A stretch of 64,000 nt of DNA from an uncultured cyanobacterium. Its GTDB lineage: Bacteria > Cyanobacteriota > Cyanobacteriia > Cyanobacteriales > Nostocaceae. Where the stretch lies: contig CAVUDP010000004.1 of the NCBI GenBank assembly GCA_963740315.1, forward strand, positions 256,001-320,000, read 5' to 3'. Shown piece after piece: positions 20,005 through 30,905 of the stretch; positions within the stretch are counted from its first letter, which is position 1, and each line of letters opens with the position of its first letter. The translations under genes were made by a program, and so were the position numbers. Under the pieces are notes generated by a model. That model searched no databases. It had not been told where the DNA came from and saw only the letters and a list, made by a program, of their open reading frames with translations.

Positions 20005-21387
20005 CTAAGTATCTTTGACTAAATCCGATAGCACAAGAAATGCTGCAACTTCCACATGAGCTGTCTGAGGAAAAAAATCAGCCGGTTGTACTCGCGACAA
20101 TATGTATAAACCATCTTGACAAAGTTGCTTTAAGTCACGAGCAAGTGTTGCTACTTTACAACTCATATAAACAATACGAGTTGGTTTTACTGTACGTAAA
20201 GTTTCAATTACAGTGCGATCGCATCCTTTTCTTGGTGGGTCAAGTATAACAATATCTGGTTTATGAGATATCCGAGACAGTAATTCTTCTACCTTTCCCG
20301 AATGGAAGGTAACGTTGTTTATGTGATTATACTGAGCATTTATTTTTGCAGCAGCTATTGATGATTGTTGTATTTCTAAACCAATAGCATGATGTACTTG
20401 TAATGAGAGCGGTAAAGTTAAAGTCCCAATACCACAATAAGCATCAACTAATATTTCGTTACCTTGTAAATTTAATTCGGATTGGATTTCGTATAATAAT
20501 GCTTCTGCTGTTTCAGTATTTACTTGGAAAAAAGTATCTGGTCTAATTTGAAATTTTAAATCGGCAAATTTTTCTTCTAAGTAATCCCTCCCAGCGATCG
20601 GTCGAGTTTCCTTACCGAAAATCGCATTAGTACGATGCTCGTTCTGGTTTAACAACACTCCCACTAATGAAGGATATTTATCTAACCATTCTTGTGCTTT
20701 TTGCTCAATTCCTGGCAAATTCCAATCTTTTACCACCAAAGTCAACAAAATTTCCCCGGTACGGCGACCAATACGTAAAGCCAGATGGCGAACGATCCCC
20801 GTATGTTTGTGTTCGTTATAAATCTGCCAACCTAACGATTGGATGTCTTTTTTAACTTCTGCCAAAAAAGGATTCAACCGCGAATCCTGCACCGGACATT
20901 GATTCAGGTTGACGATTTGATGAGAAGATTTTTGGTAATAACCCGCTATAACCCCCCCCGTAGAAGAGATCCCCACCGGGTAAGTCGCTTTGTTGCGGTA
21001 ATTTAATGGTTCACCCCTAGTTATTACCGCATCTACTCGTGGTTGTGTAAAACCACCGATACGTTGTAAAGCTTGAATAACGACTTCACGCTTAGCTGAC
21101 AATTGGTATTCATAACTGATATGCTGCCACTGACAGCCACCACATTTATCAGCAACAATGCAAGCTGGTTTAATTCGATCGCGCGATGATTGTAATAATT
21201 CTTTAACTTTGCCGAAAGCATACTTGGGTTTAACAGTTACCAAACGGACAACAACGCGATCGCCAGGTACAGTATTCGGTACAAACACCACCAATTCACC
21301 GCTTCGCCCTACACCATCACCCGTATCGCTCAAGTCCGTAATTACAACTTCAACCAAATCACCCTGCTTCAACGTTGTTCTAGTCAT
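20005..21387 (-). CDS. rlmD: 23S rRNA (uracil-1939-C5)-methyltransferase
   Basis: TRAM domain, CGGCQWQH Fe-S motif, FFQVN, DAYCGIG, LDPPRKG, YMSC, DFFPQTAHVE. Confidence 0.95.
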   Translation of the reverse strand: MTRTTLKQGDLVEVVITDLSDTGDGVGRSGELVVFVPNTVPGDRVVVRLVTVKPKYAFGKVKELLQSSRDRIKPACIVADKCGGCQWQHISYEYQLSAKREVVIQALQRIGGFTQPRVDAVITRGEPLNYRNKATYPVGISSTGGVIAGYYQKSSHQIVNLNQCPVQDSRLNPFLAEVKKDIQSLGWQIYNEHKHTGIVRHLALRIGRRTGEILLTLVVKDWNLPGIEQKAQEWLDKYPSLVGVLLNQNEHRTNAIFGKETRPIAGRDYLEEKFADLKFQIRPDTFFQVNTETAEALLYEIQSELNLQGNEILVDAYCGIGTLTLPLSLQVHHAIGLEIQQSSIAAAKINAQYNHINNVTFHSGKVEELLSRISHKPDIVILDPPRKGCDRTVIETLRTVKPTRIVYMSCKVATLARDLKQLCQDGLYILSRVQPADFFPQTAHVEVAAFLVLSDLVKDT

Positions 21388-21397
21388 CGTTCTTCAG

Positions 21398-21520
21398 TTA
21401 TCAATTATCAGTTATCGGTTATCAATTATCAGTTACCAGTTACCACTTCTCAATATCGATCCCCATCCCCCCATCCCCCCATCCCCCCATCCCCCCATCT
21501 CCCGATCTTCCCCATCCCCT
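21398..21520. repeat. STRR heptamer tracts (ttatcag/ttatcaa and ccccatc)
   Basis: Visible tandem 7-8-mers between rlmD and apcD. Confidence 0.85.
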
Positions 21521-21587
21521 TCACTTCTGAGTACTTGAATCGGTAAACTATCAGTAATAATAAAAAAAGTACTTTCTTTTACAAATC

Positions 21588-22073
21588 ATGAGTGTAGTAA
21601 GACAAGTTATTCTCCAAGCCGACGACGAACTGCGTTATCCCAGCAGTGGCGAACTTAGGAATATCAAAGACTATTTACAAACCGGCGAACAACGGTTGCG
21701 AATCGTTAATACCCTAACTGAAAATGAAAAGAAGATAGTTGAACAAGCTACCAAAACACTTTGGCAAAAGCGTCCTGACTTTATTGCACCAGGAGGTAAT
21801 GCTTACGGACAGCGCGAGCGTGCGCTATGCGTCCGCGATTATGGTTGGTACTTGCGCTTAGTCACCTACGGAATATTGGCTGGTGATAAAGAACCAATTG
21901 AAAAAATTGGTCTAATTGGCGTAAAGGAAATGTACAACTCATTGGGAGTCCCAGTTCCCGGAATGGTAGAAGCGATTAAGGGACTAAAAGAAGCTTCTAT
22001 TAATTTACTAAGTGCTGAAGATGCACAACAAACTGCTCCCTACTTCGATTTCATCATTCAATCCATGTCCTAA
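21588..22073 (+). CDS. apcD: Allophycocyanin-B alpha subunit
   Basis: [57 protein letters not shown]. Confidence 0.95.
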   Translation: MSVVRQVILQADDELRYPSSGELRNIKDYLQTGEQRLRIVNTLTENEKKIVEQATKTLWQKRPDFIAPGGNAYGQRERALCVRDYGWYLRLVTYGILAGDKEPIEKIGLIGVKEMYNSLGVPVPGMVEAIKGLKEASINLLSAEDAQQTAPYFDFIIQSMS

Positions 22074-22257
22074 TCGGCTGCCATATCCTACAAATCCTTT
22101 TTGATAGGAATGAAAAAACAAAAACCTTGAATATAATACGGATTTAATTCAGAATCCAGCTTAAATTCACCTTCCCCACACTTGCTAGTGGCTGCGGCAG
22201 AATCATCTGTCAAGTTACCAATCATCTGTGGGGAAACTTTTCAGTTACCAGTTATTA

Positions 22258-22520
22258 AAGGTTAAAGGTCTGCATGTCAAAGGTCAAAGGTCTGCATGTC
22301 AAAGGTCAAAGGTCTGCATGTTAAAGGTCAAGGGTATTGAAAGTTAGGAGTTAAGAGTGAGGAGTGAGGAGTTAGGAATTAGGAATTAGGAATTAGGAAT
22401 TAATTTCTCCTTGTCCCCTTGTCTCCTTGTCCCCTTGTCTCCTTGTCCCCTTGTCCCCTTGTCTCCCCATCTCCCCATCCCCCTATCTCCTCCGAACCCC
22501 ATCCCCAATGCCCAATGCGC
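22258..22520. repeat. Composite STRR tract: three 21-bp aaaggtctgcatgtcaaaggt units, (ttaggaa/g)n, (ccttgtc)n and ccccaat-type repeats
   Basis: Read directly; a similar composite occurs at 46850-47000. Confidence 0.85.
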
Positions 22521-22535
22521 TATATATATATAAAT

Positions 22536-22574
22536 ACAAAAAGCCGACAGTCCTTTGCTCAAGGCTGTCGGCTA
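22536..22574 (-). terminator. Intrinsic terminator on the minus strand
   Basis: Minus strand agccgacagcc-ttgagcaaa-ggactgtcggct followed by a T-tract. Confidence 0.65.
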
Positions 22575-22616
22575 TTAGTGTGTTCCCTATTAATGACTCG
22601 GCTAGAGTTCAGTTAT
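22536..22616 (-). ncRNA. Candidate ~80-nt sRNA convergent on apcD
   Basis: Orphan terminator with no minus-strand CDS upstream; CATAAT -10-like hexamer at 22622-22627. Confidence 0.35.
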
Positions 22617-23136
22617 TTATTATTATGCTTATTTCTCTGTTATTAGCAGAGGATCTCAATCATGAATGCTTGTGATTCTCGTCACAACAAAGTCTCGTGT
22701 AAGCTGTATTAATTTATTTTTGGTAGTAAAAAAATCTAATTTAGCAAATGGCATTAAAGGTAATCCGAATTATGAATAGGCGTACACTCAGTGCAAAAAA
22801 AATATTCGATCTGTAGGGTGCGTGAATATTTTGGAAAAAAATTAAAATCTCATCCTTAGGATGGTTGCGGCATCGTTTTTAAGAGATATTAATTTTCATA
22901 AAAGCTTTTATGCCTATAAAATAAGAAACCGTCTGCGAAAAAATTATAATTTTGTATGTAAAATTCCGAATTTTAAAGGAATATCTATACAATTAAGATT
23001 AGTTGCAGCCTTAAAATAGTCAGTCCGCGATTCTGGGGAGGTCGGTTTGCCTATCCCTTGTCCGAATTAGAATCGAACGAGTCAAAATATAAGAAGAAAG
23101 CATTCATTCAAAGAGCAATTCAAATTCTCTACAGTT

Positions 23137-24483
23137 ATGACATACGATTACGATTTATTTATAATGGGTGCTGGTTCTGCTGGTGCGGCTGCTGCAAAAA
23201 AAGCTGCTTCTTTGGGCGTGCGTGTAGCTGTAGCCGAACAAGAAGCCCTTGGCGGTACCTGCTTGAATCGCGGTTGCATTCCTAAAAAGTTGATTGTCTA
23301 TGCCGCTGACTTCGCGTTACAAAACAAAATAGCAACTGATTATGGCTGGAGCAAAAGTTCGTCGCACTTCGATTGGACTCATTTTATTGCGTCGGTACAC
23401 AAGCACATAGATAGTATCAACTGTACGTATCAAGAAAAATTTAAGAAAAGTGGGATTGAATTAATTCGAGGTCATGCGACTTTTATTGATGCTCACACAA
23501 TTAAAGTTGATGAACGTAAAATCACTGCGGACAAAATTTTAATTGCTGTAGGCGCACGTCCTTTTGTACCGGATATTCCCGGTGTCGAATACGCGATTAC
23601 TTCCCGCGAAATGTTTCATTTACCGTATTTGCCCAAACGCTTGGCAATAGTTGGTGGGGGTTACATTGGCGTAGAATTTTCTAGCATGATGAATGCTTTG
23701 GGTTGCCGAGTCACTGTTATTGATACGAGTGAAACGATTTTAGAAGGATTTGATGACGATATTCGTAAAAGCCTTCAAGAAAGTTTATCTCAACGGGGAA
23801 TTAAAATTATTAACAACAGCACGGCGACGCACATAAAACATTACGAAGAGGGCTTGCTGTTAACCGTAAATGGTAAGTACAAAAAAACTATCGCCGCCGA
23901 TACTATTTTAGTTGCTACCGGACGCGCTCCAAATACCGAAAAGCTCGATCTAGATAACGCTCAAGTAAAAATGGGCGAAAAAGGCGCGATCGAAGTAGAT
24001 GAATATAGCCGCACCAGTCAGGACAATATTTTCGCCGTTGGAGATTGTACCAACCGCTTGCAGTTAACGCCGGTTGCAAAATCAGAAGCCGTTGCTTTTG
24101 TCAATACTGTTTTTGGGAATAAACCGCAAACGGTAAATTATGGCGATGTGCCTTCTGCCGTTTTTGCTCGTCCGGAAATGGCAAGTATCGGGATGACTGA
24201 AAATCAAGCCCGTGAGAAATTTGGTGATTCGGTAAAATGTTATGGCGATAAGTTCCAACCATTAATGTATCAGTTGGCTGCTTCTGAGGAGCAAACAATA
24301 GTTAAAATAGTAGTCGAGGGTGAATCCGAGCGAGTCATTGGAATTCATATGTTAGGAGAACACGCAGCGGATATCATTCAATGTCTTGGTGTTGCATTTC
24401 GTAAAGGTATTACAAAACTTGACTTAGACGATGCTATTGCCATTCATCCCACTACCGCAGAAGAATTCCTAACCTTAGATTAA
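23137..24483 (+). CDS. Glutathione reductase-like pyridine nucleotide-disulphide oxidoreductase (divergent paralogue)
   Basis: GAGSAG, GGTCLNRGCIPKK, GGGYIG, ATGRAPN, AVGD, IHPTTAEE. Confidence 0.88.
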   Translation: MTYDYDLFIMGAGSAGAAAAKKAASLGVRVAVAEQEALGGTCLNRGCIPKKLIVYAADFALQNKIATDYGWSKSSSHFDWTHFIASVHKHIDSINCTYQEKFKKSGIELIRGHATFIDAHTIKVDERKITADKILIAVGARPFVPDIPGVEYAITSREMFHLPYLPKRLAIVGGGYIGVEFSSMMNALGCRVTVIDTSETILEGFDDDIRKSLQESLSQRGIKIINNSTATHIKHYEEGLLLTVNGKYKKTIAADTILVATGRAPNTEKLDLDNAQVKMGEKGAIEVDEYSRTSQDNIFAVGDCTNRLQLTPVAKSEAVAFVNTVFGNKPQTVNYGDVPSAVFARPEMASIGMTENQAREKFGDSVKCYGDKFQPLMYQLAASEEQTIVKIVVEGESERVIGIHMLGEHAADIIQCLGVAFRKGITKLDLDDAIAIHPTTAEEFLTLD

Positions 24484-24605
24484 ATCGAGGAAAATTACTC
24501 TTTAAAAATAGCTTAGTGTGGGAATAGTATTATCTTTTCGCACGATCGCTGTATATAAGCGTAATTTCACCTGGTTTATATATTGCAAAGAACACGCTTA
24601 AAATT

Positions 24606-25982
24606 ATGACTTACGACTACGATCTGTTTGTAATTGGTGCCGGTTCCGGAGGTTTAGCAGCTTCCAAACGCGCCGCCAGCTACGGGAAAAAAGTGGCGAT
24701 CGCCGAATACGATTTGGTAGGCGGAACCTGTGTTATCCGTGGCTGCGTTCCCAAAAAACTCATGGTGTATGCTTCTCACTTTCCCTCACTATTTGAAAGT
24801 GCCGCAGGCTATGGTTGGAAAGTCGGCGATACTGAGTTGGACTGGGAAAAGTTTATCACATCTATAGATAAAGAAGTACGAAGACTCTCTGCGCTGCATA
24901 TAAACTTCTTGGAAAGAGCAGGAGTAGAATTAATTCAAAGTCGCGCTGCCTTAGTTGACGAGCATACTATAGAAGTTGATGGACGCAAAGTTACTGCGGA
25001 TAAAATTTTGATTGCGGTTGGGGGAAGACCAACCAAACCTGATATACCGGGGATGGAATATGGTATCACCTCGAATGAGATTTTCCACCTCAAAGAAAAA
25101 CCCCAGCATATTGCCATTCTTGGCGCTGGATATATAGGTACTGAATTCGCCTGTATTATGCGGGGTTTGGGTTGCGAAGTAACCCAAATTATCCGTGGCG
25201 ACATGATTTTGAAAGGTTTTGACGAGGATATCCGTACCGGAATTCAGGAAGGAATGACAAATCACGGTATTCGGTTAATTAAAAATACTGTAGTCACCTC
25301 CGTAGAAAAAGAATCGTCTCGCTTAAAGTTAAACTTATTTGGAGAACAAGAATCAGTAATTGCCGATGTGTTATTGGTTGCAACGGGTCGCGTACCTAAT
25401 GTTGACGGACTGGGTTTAGACAAAGCTAAAGTGGGTTTGATACCTAGTGAAGTTGAAGGACATGGATACGGCACCATGAACGCGATCGCCGTTGACGAAT
25501 ACAGTCAAACCAATCATCCACATATCTTTGCTGTAGGTGACGTTACCGATAGAATTAATTTAACCCCAGTCGCGATCGGTGAAGGTAGAGCTTTTGCAGA
25601 TAGCGAATATGGTCAGATGAAGCGCGTTTTCAGCCACTCCGATGTTGCTACTGCCGTATTTACCACACCAGAAGCCGCCACGGTAGGATTAACAGAAGCT
25701 CAAGCCAAGCAAAAATTCGGAGAGGACAAAGTTAAAATTTATCGCACCCGCTTCCGCCCCATGTTCTACACCTTGCCACAACAAGAAGAAAGAACAATGA
25801 TGAAATTAGTAGTGGATGCCCAAACGGATACAGTTTTAGGCGCTCACATGGTGGGAGACTATGCAGCAGAGATAATTCAAGGTATAGCCATAGCTGTAAA
25901 AATGGGCGCGACAAAGAAAGACTTTGACGCTACCGTTGGTATTCACCCTTCAGCAGCAGAAGAATTTGTGACGATGCGGTAA
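24606..25982 (+). CDS. gor: Glutathione-disulfide reductase
   Basis: GAGSGG, GGTCVIRGCVPKK, GAGYIG..IIRG, LTPVAI, GIHPSAAEEFVTMR. Confidence 0.95.
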   Translation: MTYDYDLFVIGAGSGGLAASKRAASYGKKVAIAEYDLVGGTCVIRGCVPKKLMVYASHFPSLFESAAGYGWKVGDTELDWEKFITSIDKEVRRLSALHINFLERAGVELIQSRAALVDEHTIEVDGRKVTADKILIAVGGRPTKPDIPGMEYGITSNEIFHLKEKPQHIAILGAGYIGTEFACIMRGLGCEVTQIIRGDMILKGFDEDIRTGIQEGMTNHGIRLIKNTVVTSVEKESSRLKLNLFGEQESVIADVLLVATGRVPNVDGLGLDKAKVGLIPSEVEGHGYGTMNAIAVDEYSQTNHPHIFAVGDVTDRINLTPVAIGEGRAFADSEYGQMKRVFSHSDVATAVFTTPEAATVGLTEAQAKQKFGEDKVKIYRTRFRPMFYTLPQQEERTMMKLVVDAQTDTVLGAHMVGDYAAEIIQGIAIAVKMGATKKDFDATVGIHPSAAEEFVTMR

Positions 25983-26083
25983 GCAGTTATCAATTATCAA
26001 TGAACAATTATCAATGAACAAGATTCAATTTTATAAGTACAATTTTTCAAACATTCTTTTAAGCGATAATTGATAATTGATAA

Positions 26084-26737
26084 TTGATAACTAATAAATT
26101 GCATTACATCTACCTGCATGGCTTTGCATCGAGTCCTAATTCTAATAAAGCTAATTACATACTCGAACGCTTTGCTGAAAATAAAATAAAACTAGAAATT
26201 CCTGATTTAAATTGTGACGATTTTTATCACCTGACAATCACGCGCCAGCTAAACCAAGTTGTTGCAAGTTTTGAGCAAAAAAAGGACTTAACTATTATAG
26301 GTTCTAGCTTAGGAGGTTTAACAGCAGCCTATATAGGAGAAGAATTCTTACAGGTAAAACGTTTAATTTTGCTAGCGCCAGCTTTTGGATTTTTATCTCA
26401 CTGGCTGCCTACTTTAGGTACAGAAGTTATACAGCGCTGGCAGCAAGAAAAATATATTATGGTTCATCATTACGGCGAACAACGAGAATTACCTTTAAGT
26501 TATGATTTCTTGACTGACGCGAATCAATACCAGGAACAAGTTTTGCAACGTGCGATTCCTACACTGATTTTGCACGGACAACATGACGAAGTAATTCCGA
26601 TCCAAGCTAGCCGAGATTTTGCTCAAAAACGTTCTTGGGTAGAGTTAATAGAACTTAATAGCGACCATGCCCTAAGTAATGTGATGATGGAAATCTGGCA
26701 GGCAATTGAAGATTTTTGCCAGATATCTAAGAGTTAA
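26084..26737 (+). CDS. YqiA/YcfP-family alpha/beta hydrolase (esterase)
   Basis: YLHGFASSP, GSSLGG, LLAPAF, LILHGQHDEVIP, SDHAL; start uncertain (TTG inside an aattgat STRR). Confidence 0.88.
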   Translation: MITNKLHYIYLHGFASSPNSNKANYILERFAENKIKLEIPDLNCDDFYHLTITRQLNQVVASFEQKKDLTIIGSSLGGLTAAYIGEEFLQVKRLILLAPAFGFLSHWLPTLGTEVIQRWQQEKYIMVHHYGEQRELPLSYDFLTDANQYQEQVLQRAIPTLILHGQHDEVIPIQASRDFAQKRSWVELIELNSDHALSNVMMEIWQAIEDFCQISKS

Positions 26738-26878
26738 TTCAAAAAATTATTGCCCGGAACACCTATAGATAATTTCTGGAATACTAAATTATTGTCAAAA
26801 ATAGCGTAATTTACGTAAGTTTGAACTGATAAGATTGTTTATATGATACAGCTATATATTTCTACATAGTTTTAACGT

Positions 26879-26998
26879 CGGATTTTGGAATTTAGATATA
26901 ATCCAGAATTCACAATATAAAATCCGGTACAAGAAAGTTTGCGAGGGCGGCTGTGTTCCCCGGCACCGTAACTTTCCACAAAATCCAAAATCCAAAAT
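26879..26998. repeat. Palindromic repeat flanked by (aaaatcc) STRR arms
   Basis: ggattttgga...gaaagtttgcg...cgtaactttc...aaaatccaaaatccaaaat. Confidence 0.5.
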
Positions 26999-27002
26999 AA
27001 AT

Positions 27003-28154
27003 ATGCTTCCCTTCCTCCGCAAAGAATTAGTCGAATTAGCAGCTTACAAACCTCTTCTTGGTATTGGTGTAGCTTCTTCAATATCATCAACGCCAACATC
27101 AGATAAACTTGATACTAATGAAAGTCCTTACGATTTACCTGCCGAGTTAAAAGAAAAATTAGCGTGGACTTATAAAGAGTTAATCGAAACCAATCGTTAT
27201 CCAGATGGCGGACATTCTTTACTCAAGCAAGCGATCGCCGAATACATTAATGATTCGGCTAATCTTTCAACGAACGTTTTTGTAAGCAATAATATCTCCC
27301 TGGGTAATGGTTCAGATGAACTAATTCGTTCAATATTAATTGCTACTTGCTTGGGAGGAAATGGTTCAGTCTTAATGGCTCAACCCACTTTCTCAATGTA
27401 CGGTGTATTGGCACAGGCTTTAGGAATTCCTGTAATCGCAATACCGAGAAATTCCGAAAATTTTGAAATGGATTTGGAAGCAGCCTCAATTGCTACAGAA
27501 ACAAATCGGGAACAACCTGTAAGAACGGTTTTTGTAGTTCATCCCAACTCTCCTACGGGTAATTGCTTAACTTCAGCAGAGTTGACATGGCTAAGAAGTT
27601 TACCAGAACATATTTTGGTAGTAATTGATGAAGCTTATTTTGAATATAGTCAAACTACTTTAGCAGGTGAATTATCCCAACATCCTAATTGGGTTATATT
27701 ACGGACATTTTCTAAAGGTTTCCGTTTAGCTGCAATGCGTGTAGGTTACTCTATTGCTCATCCCGAACTGATTGCCATCTTAGAAAAAGTGCGCTTACCT
27801 TACAATCTGCCTAGTTTTTCAATAGCTGCCGCATTAATAGCCATACAAAACCGCTCGCTTTTACTTGAGCCTGTTTCTCAAACCTTAAGCGAACGTTCTA
27901 AATTAATCGAAAGTTTATCTCAATATCCAGAATTACAAATATTTGATAGTGCCGCCAACTTTATTTTCCTGCGTCTCAAATCAACAGGTGACAAAATAAA
28001 TGATGCTTTAACAAATCTTCACAAACAACTGAAAGATTCTGGCTGTTTGGTGCGTCTTACTGGCGGTGGATTGCGAATTACTGTGGGTTCTCCCTCGGAA
28101 AATGTCCGCACTTTAAACAGATTTAAAACGGCTTTAAAAAATATTGAAGTATAA
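27003..28154 (+). CDS. hisC: Histidinol-phosphate aminotransferase
   Basis: [57 protein letters not shown]. Confidence 0.94.
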   Translation: MLPFLRKELVELAAYKPLLGIGVASSISSTPTSDKLDTNESPYDLPAELKEKLAWTYKELIETNRYPDGGHSLLKQAIAEYINDSANLSTNVFVSNNISLGNGSDELIRSILIATCLGGNGSVLMAQPTFSMYGVLAQALGIPVIAIPRNSENFEMDLEAASIATETNREQPVRTVFVVHPNSPTGNCLTSAELTWLRSLPEHILVVIDEAYFEYSQTTLAGELSQHPNWVILRTFSKGFRLAAMRVGYSIAHPELIAILEKVRLPYNLPSFSIAAALIAIQNRSLLLEPVSQTLSERSKLIESLSQYPELQIFDSAANFIFLRLKSTGDKINDALTNLHKQLKDSGCLVRLTGGGLRITVGSPSENVRTLNRFKTALKNIEV

Positions 28155-28187
28155 CTGCCTTCCATAAGGGTTTTTACCCAATATTTT

Positions 28188-28742
28188 TTAACTTAGGGTA
28201 TCTACTTCATTTCCAAAACGGCGTACTATTGCTACAGTTTGTGGCAAAACTCCCACTAACATCGCAAATGCTTCATCCGGTAGCTGACTGACTATTTCTG
28301 GTGGAAAATATTGTTCAAACTGGTCGAGAATTCTTTGAATTCGTTGCTGGGGAACTGGATTTTCAGTAATTTGCTTAATTAACCTAATCCACTGTCGCCT
28401 AATCAAATAAGACTTTTGGCGTTCATCGGAGGAAGAGGTACTTAGCAACATTGACGAAATATTTCCGATCGGCAATACGTAAAGGCAGTCGCGATCGTAA
28501 TCGCCACCAACAGCAGCTCCTGGTCCGGCAAACTCTGCATGATAGCCTTTAAAGAGTATTAGCCCATTTCGCCTACGACTATTGACCATGAAAATCTTTC
28601 CACTATGTAGTTTTGTCAGGAGATCCGAGCCATAAGATTGCTCAAGTCCATCTGGCATTACAAGATAGTCAAGGAAACAAGTGTCAGGATAATAAGTTGA
28701 TACCATAGCAGTTTGATAGCGTTGGCGCTTCTCGCTATCCAT
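28188..28742 (-). CDS. Conserved cyanobacterial hypothetical protein, possibly a degenerate Crp-like regulator
   Basis: NSRRRNGLIL...FAGPGAAVGG; C-terminal LPDEAFAMLVGVLPQTVAIVR resembles an HTH; start may be at 28706. Confidence 0.7.
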   Translation of the reverse strand: MDSEKRQRYQTAMVSTYYPDTCFLDYLVMPDGLEQSYGSDLLTKLHSGKIFMVNSRRRNGLILFKGYHAEFAGPGAAVGGDYDRDCLYVLPIGNISSMLLSTSSSDERQKSYLIRRQWIRLIKQITENPVPQQRIQRILDQFEQYFPPEIVSQLPDEAFAMLVGVLPQTVAIVRRFGNEVDTLS

Positions 28743-29620
28743 GTTTTTTTAAAATTTAAACAAGAAAGGAACTGGTTTGAACGTGAAACTCGCAATTGCT
28801 AATTAAATCAATTAATACAGCTATTAGCTTTGATATTATCTAAAGCTTTATTGTTCGGTTTAACTAAATTAGAATTAAATCAAATCGGTTAACTAATTGA
28901 GTAACCATATTTTATGTGATTTAGTTGGATTTGTCTTCCAGTCCAGGAATGTTTACTTAAAGTTTCCATAAAGATAGAGATTTCATATACAAAGTTAGTG
29001 TAAGACATTAGTCAATGTAAGTGTAATTTTACTGAATTGCTCATAATTTTTAGTTTTAGATGCTTTTACTATTTAACGTGTTAATCACAAAAACTCTCTT
29101 GGGGTATTTATGAACTCAGTTATATATATTTTATATATATTTTTACACTATATAGTGTTAAGTATCGCTACAAAATTTAGCTTACTACAACTATATCCGC
29201 AATATTTTAAAGAAAATATAAACATATCAACAATAAGAGCGAAGTTATTGTGACCTTATCGCTTTAAATTGCTCCTGAATGGTTCTCCGACTATACGGGT
29301 ACAATCTCTAAATCCTACGCTGAAAAAAATGTGATGCAGATTGCTTTTTTATAAACATCAAGTCATCCACAGAAATTCAACAGAACAAACCCGATTTTAA
29401 ATGAATATTTTTATCAAAGACAAATATAAAGGAATGTGAAGTATATAGTTATAATAACTATCAAATGTTTTTGACATCTAATAGCATATAATTACCTGTT
29501 TTAATCATAAAATTGGTATAATATCAGTTGAAGATTTAGTCAAGCTATCAATTTGCTATGAACGTAAATTGTTTAACTGCGGAGAATATTGATAATTCGT
29601 GCAGAAATTAAAGTGAGAAT

Positions 29621-30262
29621 TTAAGAGTCTAAAAGGCATTTATATAGTAAAATTTGTCGCGAGCGTCTAAATAAAAATGTATTCCAATTAGAATCAATTT
29701 GGTGCATACGGTATCCTAATTTGAAATACAGTTGTCGTGCTTGATGGTTATTTTCTAAAACATGGAGATACAAATCTTTAAATCCCCATTCGCGGGCAAC
29801 TTTTTCACAACTAGTTAATAACGCACGAGCCGCACCTTGCCTGCGGTATTGCGGATTTACAGCTAAATTAGATAAATAAGCAAAACTTTTTCTAGTACCC
29901 GTGTAAGTCCAAGAATCGCCCAAACGCACGCTTAATTCTACAGTTGCAACTAAATCCAAGTTTGCTCGATCGCTAGTATCAACAGCTACTAAACAAGCAT
30001 GATGGGGGGCGGAGGCAGTCAAACGATGTCTTAAGTCTTCATAAATTCCCAAGCGCAACAATGGAAAAGCCCATCCCCATATACCATGACGGGAGTGAAA
30101 GCTTTCGGCGATAATTTCGGCAACACCAGCTAAATCGGCTGGGGTGCATTGCCGAATTTGGAATTGGGAGGCACTTGGGGTAGTGGCTACCGCAACTGGC
30201 TTTTGATGGGATGGAAAAGAAAATGCTTGAGTCAAGGCTAGTTTACTGTTAAAGTTATTCAT
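29621..30262 (-). CDS. GNAT family N-acetyltransferase
   Basis: YLSNLAVNPQYRRQGAA, LYLHVLENNHQARQLYFKLGY. Confidence 0.93.
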   Translation of the reverse strand: MNNFNSKLALTQAFSFPSHQKPVAVATTPSASQFQIRQCTPADLAGVAEIIAESFHSRHGIWGWAFPLLRLGIYEDLRHRLTASAPHHACLVAVDTSDRANLDLVATVELSVRLGDSWTYTGTRKSFAYLSNLAVNPQYRRQGAARALLTSCEKVAREWGFKDLYLHVLENNHQARQLYFKLGYRMHQIDSNWNTFLFRRSRQILLYKCLLDS

Positions 30263-30729
30263 CTATATATATGAGTCAAATATTCTAGTACACCATCCGT
30301 CCTTATATGAAAACTCTAATTTAAAAATATATAAATTGGAAGTTGGCATAGAATTTCTTTAAAGATAAAGAATTGGAGGAGAGTGACAAAAACAAATGAA
30401 TTAAAGGAAATACATAAATTTGAATTCATATTTTCGCTCTACTTAAGATATAAATCTTAATTGAGTGTAATCCTTACCTTTATTGCAGTATACGGTGCTA
30501 GACCAGAGGGGATTGTAACTATTTGCTAAAAATATCCCCAAACTATCATTTTTAAATAGCAACACGCACAATAGCAGTATTTTTTTCCACCGTAGGAATA
30601 ACTACCATTAACTTGGGAATGCGCTCAATTTGCCCGCTGAGATTCTGCACTGCCTGTATTTGCCGATTTGTTTAGTATGGCAGGTTAATAAGTTGTTTTT
30701 TATCCTCCCGACTATTGATAGTAACAAGT

Positions 30730-30905
30730 TCTTCATCAAAAACCGAGCTTCTCATACAATTCCCAAGATTAAGAGTTTTAAAAGGCATAACGCATACACA
30801 AGGAATAAATATTCTAATCCATGTTCCGTGCTTTTGGCTTTCATAACACCAATTTTTCCTGCATCATTATCTTGTCCCGGTGGTTCAAGCGTATAAACGA
30901 TTACC
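30730..30905 (-). pseudogene. Possible decayed GNAT acetyltransferase fragment
   Basis: Minus strand gives VYTLE..GQ...AGK...HGLEYLFL and, in another frame, LYEKLGF, in GNAT motif order. Confidence 0.3.
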
